The notes under the pieces were generated by a model. The model saw only the letters and a list, made by a program, of their open reading frames with translations. It was not told the origin of the DNA and ran no database searches. A DNA stretch of 64,000 bases from the human T2T-CHM13v2.0 reference genome, Homo sapiens, in assembly GCF_009914755.1 (NCBI RefSeq), contig NC_060929.1. One strand, written 5' to 3'. Shown here piece after piece: positions 1 to 11,067 of this stretch. Numbering within the stretch: position 1 is the stretch's first letter; the number at the start of each line of letters is the position of its first letter. The translations under genes and the position numbers were made by a program.

Positions 1-570
1 TGTTTAATATTTTCATGAGCTGCCATACGGGCTTCCCAAGCAGCTACACCATTGTGTCCACCAGCAGGGCACGAGGGTTCCATTCTCTCCACATCTTGTT
101 ATCCACCATCTTTTTCACTGTAGCCATCCTAGAGGGCCAGAAGTGCTATCTCACAGCGGCTTTGATGTGCATTTTCCTAATTACTAATGACATTGAGTGT
201 CTTTGCACATGTTAATGAGACATTTATATATTTTATTTGAATAAATGTCTATGCATGTCCTTTGCTAATTTTTAATTTGGGTCATTTGTGTTTTAATTGT
301 TGAGTTGCAAGAGTTCTTTACATACTGTGGATATGAGTCCCTTATCAGATATATGATCTGTGTTTATTTTCTCCCATTCTGTGGGTGGGTTTTTTTTTTT
401 TTTTTCACTTTCTTGATAGTGTCCTTTGAAGACAAAAGTTAATTTTGGTGAAGTCTAATATATCTATTTTTTTTCTTTGTTGGTTTTGCTTTTGGTGTCA
501 TGTCTAAGAAATGATTGCCTCATCCAAGGTCATGAAGATTTATGCCTGGTTGCTTCTCAGAGTTTAATCT
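1..570 (-). mobile_element. Old L1 (L1MB-like) fragment
   Basis: Antisense L1 3' motifs such as 'tgcattttcctaattactaatgacattgag', 'cccttatcagatatatgat' and 'gcttttggtgtcatgtctaagaa'. Confidence 0.75.
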
Positions 571-941
571 CCCTTTGCTTTTGATGACTCCAGTGATGAT
601 CTACACTCTTCTAGGAGGATAAGGAGGAAAAATATTACAGAAAAATGAGTCATTCCAATGCACTCCTTTTTTAGTAATCCCAAGAGATTAATGGCTGACA
701 TCATAGAGAAGACCAACACTTAAGACTACATGGAAATTATTAAATTGTATATTTTGGGAAGACTCCCTCTCCTTCTTTCTTTCTTTCTTTACATGCCACG
801 AGTGGCCTTCAGGTTTGCCTTCTGTGCAAGTGAATTAAATGAGCTTGTTATTGGCACTGGGTAGTGGAGGCTGCAAGCCTTTGGAGACCTTCCCATTCCT
901 GTCTCCTTCCATCCACTCTCCTGAAGTTGAATTTCTGTTCC

Positions 942-1372
<431 letters not shown>

Positions 1373-3341
1373 TGACATGCAGTGGCTGCCTTCTCAGGGC
1401 CAAACCAGATTAAGAAGGCCATCGTTGTGTTCCACGTTACACAACAGACTTGAAATCAATGAAAAGGACTCTTGTTGAGTCTTACTTCAACAAAACTCTA
1501 CCTAAAAATCATTCCACACCCACATCTCAGCTCCTCGGGGCTCTTCCTTTCTAGATTGTGCTGCACAAATCTGAAAAATCTAAGTTTTTATCATCACTGC
1601 AGAACAAGGGACCTTCCAGCTTTGGTTCAGCCCTGATGCAGATGGAAACATTTTCCAGCCACCTGAATGTGATGCATTAGGACATTCTAGGCCTTCGTCA
1701 TGGATGTGATGCATGCTTCCCTCTCTCCCAGACACCAAGATGCGTCCCACAAAGGGGACTCCCAGCCTCCACAGAGGTGCAGCTGGAGCTCTTCCCTCCT
1801 CTCCAGTCTGCAGTTCCCTGAGCACAGCACTCCCTGGCTGCAGTCCTACCCCCAGTCCAGGCCTCTGGGGCTCAAAACTGTTGCTTACACATTCAGGAAA
1901 TTAAGAAAAAATAAAATAAAAACTCATTCAACCCACACTTCCTGCCCTGGAAAAATCCGACTATTGTTCTTTCTAGGCAACGTCCTTAAAGCCCCACATT
2001 TTCCCAGATTTTATCACATCTGCCCCTGGAGGCTGGAGCTTCTCATTAATATACAGTATTCCTGGAGTGTGTTTGGTTTGGTTTTCTGCTGCCAAGCCTG
2101 GGGGAGTTGGCAGTTCAAGCCAGCTCCTGACATTTAATCACACTTTGCATTTTACCCATCCACTCTCCCTACCCCTTTTACTAGCTCACTTTTAATGAGA
2201 AAGAAGAAACTAATTTTAAACACACACACATCACAGTAGTAACACTGTCTCCGATTCATTCATCCATCAGCTCAGAAATTATAATTATAATGCATATTAA
2301 TTTGCAAATGCTACATAATTTGATTTGTGTATTTAATGCCAAAAGATTAGACATTTCTCATCTTACGCTGTTCCTTCCAGCAGCAATTCATTCTCTATCC
2401 AAGGTGCTGCTCTATGGCTGACGCGGGCTCTACTGGTCAGATTTGAGGTAACACAATGATAAACCACTTCCTGCAAGCTGATGTACATCCAGATTCTCTA
2501 CACTTTAACCAAAATTATGACCAAAATCAATTAAGTGATTTAAAAGTAAAATGTACTGGGTGAGCTTTGTGTAGGGAAGACAGTACTCAAGCAATCTACT
2601 CTGAATATTCAAGTAGAAACTGGCAAAAAGTCTCTAAAATACCTGAAGTCAAAGTGTCCCCAGCCTTTCTGGAAATTACAGGACTAAGATAATTTATCAT
2701 GCAAGGATTCTTTCTCTAGATTGGACAATAATCTTTACTTTGATTTTATATTTAAGGCATATAAGTTATGAGAGGAATGTGCAGCTACTAATAATGTGTA
2801 TTAATAACAAAACTCTAACTATAAGCCAGGAAAAATACTAAATATTTACAACCAGGACTTCAAAATTTATAAAATAGTATTAACATTTTTATTTATAGAA
2901 CAATCAAACTAAGTCAAAAAAATATTTTAAGTAACTGGCCTAAGGTCACATGGACAGTCAGTGGAAGATCAAAGCACAGGCAGTTTCACTGACTCTGAAG
3001 CCAAGTTCTCAATCCCCAGAGCTGGTCTTCAAGTCCTATGTCATTTTGACAACTGGCATGACCATCTGTAAATTTGCAGTTTACAGCCTGAATTTCCCCA
3101 CTTCAATGGAAACTCTACAAAGGAAGGTAACTTCACCATTTTGTTCAATGTTGTACATTCAGCCCCTAGAACAGAACTGGAGTCTTGGTAATGACAATAA
3201 ATCTTGATTGAATAAAGGAATGAATCCAAAAGGTGTCATGAGGTCACACCACCATCATGTGGTCATTTATGCAAGGATAACTGCAAATGCAAAAAAGATT
3301 CAGAAGCCTCTCTGGACTGAATGTAAAATGGTTTATGCTCA

Positions 3342-3633
3342 GGCCGGGCGTGGTGGCTCACGCCTGTAATCCCAGCACTTTGGGAGGCTGAGGAGGGTGA
3401 ATCACAAGGTCAGGAGTTCGAGATCAGCCTGGCCAATATGGTGAAACCCTGTCTCTACTAAAAAATACAAAAATTAGCCTGGTGTGGTGGCATGCATCTG
3501 TAGTTCCAAGTACTCGGGGGGCTGAGGCAGGAGAATTCTGGAACCCAGGAGATGGAGGTTGCAGAGAGCCGAGATCATACCACCGCACTCCAGCCTGGGG
3601 GACAGAACGAGACTCTGTCCCAAAAAAAAAAAA
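3342..3633 (+). mobile_element. AluS (Sg-like) SINE
   Basis: Full dimer with A-tail and TSD 'aaaatggtttatgctca' on both sides. Confidence 0.95.
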
Positions 3634-4812
3634 ATGGTTTATGCTCAAATTGTGCAATACTAAGGAAGGATGTTAAATAAATGCCACACTTGTTTCTTTT
3701 ATTATTAGCGTATACATTTTAGTCTCTTCTCCCTAACATCTCCACCACAATAATCCCCTCAGTCAAAGCTGTTGTTGATTTGATAGTGAGCTTCACAGCT
3801 GAGCATCTTATACTCACAGAAATAGTCTGGTCATATGGGCTCCCTGGTTCTGATGCTGATTCTTGATGGTTCCCGCAATAGACAGTCTCTCTTGAATCTC
3901 AGGGTTCTCCTGGCAACCCCTAACACTTGCTGTGGCTTTCCTTGTGTCCACTTGTCCCTGGTTGTCGAATTGTCTAGGGGGCAGCTGTATTTTGGTGTCT
4001 GCTCCAGCCCAGGGGTGCCATCCTTGCCCATCTACCATCACAGGCCGTTGCACCTGCAGACTTGCATACACTACCACTGCATCCAATCTGGCCACAGCCT
4101 GATGTTCCAGGAAATACCTTCTTAGCAGCAGAGAGGGGGGACTAGAAATTCTGGATAAGCAAGTGGTGCCTTTTTCATAATAAGTTCAAAAAGAAATATT
4201 GCAAAAGAAAAAAACTCAGAAGTCAGTCTTTTCACTTGTGTTCAAAATCCTCCTCCAGCCCTCAATTCTTTCAAAAGAAAAATTAGGATCCCAGATGCTC
4301 CCCAAAATCTCTTCCAGTTTTAAAAACTCTTCATTTAATCAAGTTTTATCTCCATTTTGGATTACTCCATAAAAACGTTGAGTTTCTTAAAATAAACACA
4401 AATGCATTTTGTACCAAATCAAACAAAATTAAACTTAAGAATGTCTTTAAGCTTACCTATCTCACATCAAGCTAATCATCATCTAACAGTCACCAAACAC
4501 TAGCAAACAATGGATTGTGCCACCACTGAGGATTCTAGAGATGCAGTTTATATATGTTTTGGCTACACTTATTCTTGCTCTCAGGTTTCCTTAAGAGAAA
4601 AACCATCATTTTGATGTGAACAGACATTGCCAAAGAAGGGTTTCACTCTCAGTCACCAGTAGGGTACAAATAAAATTATAAATCCACACAACAGGCAGGG
4701 TGGGGAAGCTGAAGAGACCCGGGCAAATTAGAGTGTGCATACTTCAGTGAAAAATGTTCAATCACATTATCTAAAAAGTAAAAGCTGTGTAGGCCAAAAG
4801 TAGATTATCTGT

Positions 4813-5159
4813 TGCTACTCACTGAATGTTTGTGTCCCTCTGAAATTCACATGTTCAAACCTTGTGAATTTATTATGGATGGTTATTAGGAGGTGGGACC
4901 TTGGACAAATGACAGGTCATGAGGGTGGATCTGTCATGAGTAGGATTATAGCCCTTATAATAGAGACTCCAGAGAGCTCTCTCACCTTTTTCACCATGTG
5001 AAGATGCAAATCCCAGAAACAGGACCTCATCATGCCCTGAATGTGCTAATGCCTTGATCTTGGACTTCCCAGCCCCCAGAAATGTGAAAAATAAATGGTT
5101 GTTGTTTAAGTCACCCAGCTTGTGGTATTCCGTTACAGCAGCCCCAACAGACTAGGACA
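4813..5159 (+). mobile_element. MLT1A-like MaLR solo LTR
   Basis: 'tgaatgtttgtgtccctctgaaattcacatgtt', 'ccttgatcttggacttcccagcc' and 'gcagccccaacagactaggaca'. Confidence 0.8.
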
Positions 5160-5199
5160 TCTGCACAGGAGATACGTGACACTGGGAGAGAAGCTGGAA

Positions 5200-5340
5200 C
5201 TGATGCCACATCATGAAACCAACGTTGCTGTCACCTGGACCTCAGACTTCCGGCCTCCAGAACCGGGAGGGGATACATTGATCTCGTTTAGGCCATCTGG
5301 TTTCCGGTGCTTCATTAGAGAGGCACTAAGGAACTAACAC
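5200..5340 (+). mobile_element. MLT1 LTR 3' fragment followed by a CA-rich tract
   Basis: 'cctcagacttccggcctccagaac...ggaactaacaca'; CA-rich to about 5407. Confidence 0.55.
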
Positions 5341-5409
5341 ACACACACAAACACACAGTATGCACACAAACACACACACAAACACACACACATAAACATA
5401 CACACATAA

Positions 5410-6080
5410 TATGCCAAAAGGTTTTAAGAGCTATGGAGAAACATGATAAACAGCGACGGCAGTGGGACTCTGGGAGCGGGGATAAAGGAGGGAGGGACAT
5501 CGCTGCTTCATGGGAAAGCCTCACTATACTCAGGGCATCTGAGAGCTCAGAGAAGGAGGACAAGGCCAGGCAAGTGCCGGGGGAAAAGCACACTGGTCAG
5601 AGGGAACCGCAAGGCCGAGTCCCCACAGCAGGACGTGGCTTGGGAGGTGGAAGGGGCCTTTAGGAGCTCAGGGAGGTAGGGTGGGGGCCCGAGTGACAGG
5701 GCAGGGCACCATGGGATGTGAGGTCTCCTGGACCACTGTGTTCTCCTATGTCTGCTGAGCTGCAGGCAAGAGGCAGGCGCAGGGGGCGGGGAAGGAGGAC
5801 TGTGACTTGTAAGACCCTCTGGCTGCGGTGAGGAGGAAGTGATGAGGAGGAAGGAAGGGTGGAGGCTTTGAGGCTGACTGAGAGGCAGTCACGAAAATGC
5901 TGGTGGGAGACAGCAGCTCCAGAGTGGAAGGCATGGGAAAGAGGCCGAGCCCGGATGCCTCCTGCAGGTGGGGACAAGGAGCCTTGCTGATGGACAGGAT
6001 GTGGGCGTGAGCAGAGTGGAGCCAAGGATGGTGTCAAGGTTTGGGGCCGACACATCTAGGCAGATGGGCCTGGGCTCCCT
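5410..6080 (-). mobile_element. L2 LINE fragment
   Basis: Purine-rich antisense L2 motifs 'agagctatggagaaa', 'gggaaagcctc' and 'ggagccaaggatggtgtcaaggtttgggg'. Confidence 0.6.
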
Positions 6081-6749
6081 GCAGTGATGGAGCAGGGATG
6101 AAAGGCAGAACTTATCAGCTCAAAACACAGCACGGCAGCCAGGCAGCACATGTTTTGCAGAATTTTTGAAGAATACTAAGGTTTCATTTGCATTCTTATT
6201 TGGCCAAACATTTTCCACCTTAAACTGTCCATTGTTGAAAGTTAAACACCTCCTCTGTAATGCCAGACAGAAGGGTTTTAAGTAATAGGTGCCTCAGCTT
6301 CTACCAAACTGTCTTCATTCCTGAGCCACCTCCACCACCTGTTCCAAGACACTGGACAATTCTCCCTGGCTTGAGTGGAATGGATTGTCAGTGACAGGCA
6401 ATCAGCTAGGAACATAACATTTTTCTTCTCCAAGCTGCAACCCAGCCAATCTTTTTTAGGACAACTGAAGCAACAATTAGGCATCCAAAAATCTAAATTA
6501 AAATCCAGCTGTGTGAGTTGCTGCCAGTGCTACTGAGGTGACAAATGGATGGATAGAAGTACTCCCTTTGTGTGCACATGCGTATACACATACAAATAAA
6601 AATAACACAGAGAAAATGAAGCCAGGAGAACTGTGCTGACCTGGTGTAAAGCAGTAGACCTGGTGAAGTGCAATTTACTTTATTTAAAGTTGAAATAGAA
6701 CTATTATGTTTGAGAAGAACCAGTGTTCTGTGAAGGACTCTTTAGAAGA

Positions 6750-6860
6750 AGAGCTCATAGAATCCACCTCTATTTTATAGGCTGAACAGCTGAGAGCTGA
6801 AGAGTTTCAAGGACTTTCAAGGTCACGTCATGGAGAATGGCAAAACAGGACCAGGGCTCC
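6750..6860 (-). mobile_element. MIR fragment
   Basis: MIR core-like 'attttataggctgaacagctgagag...caaggtcac'. Confidence 0.5.
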
Positions 6861-8914
6861 TTACAGCCCTACCTCTCTGTCCGTTACTCGAGAAGCAACT
6901 CACAACTTCCTCCCTACGTGCTCTGCCTGTTCCTAATGTAAGACTCTCAGGAACTTCAAATTCCTTGTTTTCCATAGCCTGCAAGCCATCCAAATACCTA
7001 GCCAAGAACCGAATACGAGAAGAAACACTGACAATGGCGAGAGAGGCTGCAGCAAGGCCACCTCTGATGGCCGACCCCCTACTTTGTGGCCCCGTTGTCC
7101 ATGGAGACCCACAGGTGCTCCACAGGCCATCCCTGGGTGGGTTTGCATGAGATGTCATCCCTTTAGAGGGAAAGCTAGAGAACCTGGATTGAGGGACATT
7201 TAGAAGGAAAGGAATGTGGAGGGCAGTTCTAGTATAAGCCTGAAGTTGAAAGAGCGAAAACACCTCACAGGAAGCTGTGGAGTGGGCTAGTACAGGGAGC
7301 TCCTCCTGGGGTCCAAGGCACGTTGAGCTGGGTGAACTCTGGGGCTTGGGGGTCAGAGGAGCAGAGGAGCAGCAAGGTGACGTGGAGGAGGAATGCTGTG
7401 GGGCTGTTGGACGCCAGCACATCCACGAGGGAGAGGTCCTCTGGCATCTCATAGGAAGAGTTACTTTTTCCCCAGCTTCTCTTTGCGGTTGCCCCGGGAC
7501 CGTCCAGGGGGGACACTGCCCGTTTCGCTGTGCCCGGGCAGCCTGTATTGTCTTCATGGTAGGTTGTTTTCTTTTCTATTTGCACCCATGCTTTGAATCC
7601 CAGATCTTGTAAACCTTCTCAGGCACTGAGTTCTAAGATCCTAGAGACAAGCTGCAGCACTTGTCAAGAAGAGTGAAAAATGGACGTACCAGGATGACAT
7701 GGAATTTCTAAATCAGCACTAAATACCCATCTGGGCTATAAACGTCTCAGGTCTCTTTCGTGCTGCAGAGTAATGTAAATAGTATTTGTGTGCCTGTCTG
7801 ACCACTCCTCGGTTCCCCCGATTTCAGGCTGTCAAGTCATGCTTGGGGGTGGGGGAGTGGGGACCATGGAGCAAGGGTGTGGCTTAGTCACCGTCCTTCC
7901 CCCAGTCCACAGCAAACATTCATTGTGTCCCAATGAGTCACCCCTTACTGGAGCCCACGGGGGCTCTTTCACTCTGGCCGGTGAGCTCCTCTCTTCCCAG
8001 GGGGTTCAAGGGCCAAAGAAAAAAATGTTGTTTGCAAGTACACGAGGATCCAAAAGTAAAACTGTTACTTCATTCATCACTGTGAGGACACTGGACTCCT
8101 AGGTCTTCTGCAGGGTCTAAGATCAGTGACAAGACTAAGACATCTTTGCACAGAACTTTGTCAGACAAAGATGATGGTTTTCTTGCTGTTAAATTCCAAT
8201 GTATCACAGAGTGAGAGGAACAGAAACACTTAATAACAAATCAGCCCACATATGAAATTTCAGAAGTTTTCTCGTTAAAGAAGAGATGACCCATCCATTA
8301 ATCTCGCCGACTTTTGTGGAGACCTACCATGCATCTTACCACCTTCAGAGAGCTGAAAAGAGACAGACCCCAAACAAACCTTATATTAAGCCAGAGAAAG
8401 GCTACAGTAGGGTCATGGCATAAGGGAGGGAGGGACAGGGCCCTCTGGGGTCTGGTGCACGGGACAGGGGAGAGGAGGTGGGGTGACAACAGCAAGGTTT
8501 ACAATGGGAAGTCTTCAGTTCTTTGCACAATAGCTAAAGAGATGAAGTATTTCTGCAAGAATTTTCTATTTGGTGATGCCACTAAGATATCCTTAATCAT
8601 TTTAAACTCATACTTTCTTACACTTCAATGTTTCTGTGGGCACCTAAAATATCCAAATTTACCAAAAGAAAATTTAAAAAGGCCAGTCTTTGAGAGAGGC
8701 TGTAACAATATTCTGTTTTCAACCATCTACCAGTTATTTCCCAGAAAAATCTAGATTAGAGGCATGGTTAGTGATTTAATAGAAAATTAATTTTTTTAAA
8801 TTTTAAAATTTTATTTTCCCCATTTATCAGAAACACATAGTCAGAGCCAATTTAATAGGGTAGGGCTCTCTAGAGAATCCATCTAAGACCTGAATACACA
8901 GTGCTCGTGGTATA

Positions 8915-9895
8915 TTAGGAAAGGATATTTGGTCTTTGTCTCCAGTGCCTGACTCAGAGCTCCTAAAACCCTTGGAATTTTCTGAGTGAGAAGAGGGATT
9001 AGAGAATCTGTTGTTCTAATGGGGCAGCTCCCTGTGGGCTCCTGGAAAGCTTCAGGAAAGGGGTGGTCATCCGAAAGACCGAGCCTTGATTAGAAGCCTG
9101 GGGCTTTCAGCCCCACCCCACAGGGAAAAGGGGCCAACGGTTGAGTGAATCATCAACAGCCAGTGATTGCGTCAGTTCCGTCTATGTTATAAAACCTCCA
9201 TGAAAACCGCTAAATGACAGGTTCAGAGAGAGCTCCACATGCCTGGAGGGAAGATGTCGCACCCCAGCTCCACGGTGCAGAAGCTCCTGTTCTCAGGACT
9301 TCTCTGACCTTGGGCGATGCACCCCTTTATCTGGCCACACACTTTGCCCTTTATAATAAACTGGTGGTCATAAAGGGAGTGGCTTTGCCAGCTCTGTGAG
9401 CCATTCTACCACATCATCCTCCTGAGGAAGCATTGTGGGTCCCCCAGCTTGTAGCCACTCGGTCAAAGGAACTGGGAGCCCAACGTGTGGGATTGGATTG
9501 GCGTGTGGAGTGAGGACTGAGTCCTTCACCAATGGGATCAACATGTGGGATTGGATTGGCGTGTGGAGTGAGGACTGAGTCCTTCACCCATGGGATCAGC
9601 ATGTGGGGTTGGATTGGTGTGTGGAGGGAGGACTGAGTCCTTCATGGATGGGATGTGCCTGTGGGGTTGGATTGGCCTCTGGAGGGAGGACTGGGTCCTT
9701 CACCAATGGGATCAGCATGTGGGGTTGGATTGGTGTGTGGGGTGAGACCAGTCTTGTGGGACTAGTCCTTCACTGATGGGATCTGATGCTACCCCTGGTA
9801 GAGAGTGGCTGAATTAAGTTGAATTTTCAGACACTCAGCTGGTGTCAAAGACTTGGAGAAGTGGCCTTAGAAAAGACACCATATATTTGGTGTCA
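8915..9895. mobile_element. MER21-family LTR
   Basis: 'atttggtctttgtctccagtgcctgactcagagctcctaaaacccttggaatttt', 'ttgattagaagcctggggctttcagcccc', ending near 'catatatttggtgtcag'. Confidence 0.8.
9481..9785. repeat. 58-bp minisatellite, about 5 copies, inside the MER21 LTR
   Basis: Units start at 9481, 9539, 9597, 9655 and 9713; consensus approx. 'cagcatgtggggttggattggcgtgtggagtgaggactgagtccttcaccaatgggat'. Confidence 0.92.
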
Positions 9896-9967
9896 GGAGG
9901 GAAGGGAACCTCCCAAAGCCTCACCCTGGAAAGGATGCCGAGCAATGCTGATTAAATCAGTGGAGTT

Positions 9968-10272
9968 GGCGGGGCACGGTCGTTCACACCTGTAATCCCA
10001 GCACTTTGGGAGGCTGAGGTGAGTGGATCACTTGATGTCAGGAGTTCGAGACTAGCCTGGCCAACATGGTGAAACCCTATCTCTACTAAAAATACAAAAA
10101 TTAGCTAGGCGTGGTGGTGGGCACCTGTAATCCCAGCTACTCAGGAAGCTGAGGCAGAAGAATCACTTGAACCCAGGAGGCAGAGGTTTCAGTTAGCTGA
10201 GATTGTGACACTGCATTCCAGTGTGGGTGACAGAGTGAGACTCTGTTTCAAAATAATAATAATAATAATAAA
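9968..10272 (+). mobile_element. AluS (Sx-like) SINE with (TAA)n tail
   Basis: Full dimer; TSD 'aaatcagtggagtt' / 'aaattagtggagct'. Confidence 0.95.
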
Positions 10273-10325
10273 TTAGTGGAGCTAATGGAACTCTATATTC
10301 AAAGTATCAGAAACGAAGGTACTAT

Positions 10326-10585
10326 CACACACACGCACACATACACACACGCACGCACACTCACACACACGCATGCACACATACATGCACGCACGCTCAC
10401 ACACATGCACATACACACATACACGCACACACACGCATACACGCACGCAAGCACACTCACACACGCACACATACACACGCATGCACACACGCCCACATGC
10501 ACACACATGCACACTCACACACATGCACACACACGCACACACGCACACGTACACACATGCATGCACACTCTCACACACGCACATA
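10326..10585. repeat. Long imperfect (CA/CG/TA)n alternating purine-pyrimidine tract
   Basis: About 260 bp of 'cacacacgcacacatacacac...'. Confidence 0.95.
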
Positions 10586-10745
10586 CTTATTCATTGATTG
10601 TTCCAGTCAGATTTTCATCTTAAGGAATGAAAATCACTTAAAAGGTTTCTTTTAACCAAACATTCATAGTCAGTAGATCTATTTCACATCTGTGATTATA
10701 TTCTTAGCAAGTCTAGACAAAAATTATCTTTTTAAAGAAAATTTA

Positions 10746-11067
10746 TTTTATTTTTTAATTTAATTTAACTTATTTATGTATTTTGAGAAGCAGTCTCACT
10801 CTTGTCGTGCAGGTTGGAGGGCAGTGGCGCGATCTCGGCTCACTGCAACCTCCCCTTCCTGGGTCCAAGCAATTCTTCTGCCTCAGCCTCCCTAGGAGTC
10901 GGAATTACAGGCATACGCCACCACGCCCAGCTAATTTTTGTATTTTTAGTACAGACAGGGTTTCACCATGTTGGCCAGGCTGGTCTCGAACTCCTGACCT
11001 CAGGTGATCCACCCACCTCTACCTCTCAAAGCGCTGGGATTACAGGCATGAGTCACTGCACCCGTCC
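10746..11067 (-). mobile_element. AluS SINE
   Basis: Antisense dimer; TSD 'tttaaagaaaattta' / 'tttaaagataattta'. Confidence 0.93.

Noticed and set aside
2270-2345. TAAT-rich stretch suggesting a homeodomain enhancer (similar at 42660-42925)
   Set aside because: Not distinguishable from AT-rich background without conservation data.
6823-7557. 244-aa minus-strand ORF and overlapping ORFs
   Set aside because: No recognisable domain, Pro/Ser-rich composition typical of GC-rich non-coding DNA, and the end runs into a MIR.
9481-9785. Regularly spaced repeats resembling a CRISPR array
   Set aside because: The whole unit repeats with no unique spacers, there are no cas genes, and the context is a primate LTR.
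10276-10623. His/Thr-rich and Cys/Val-rich ORFs
   Set aside because: Translation artefacts of the (CA)n-like tract.
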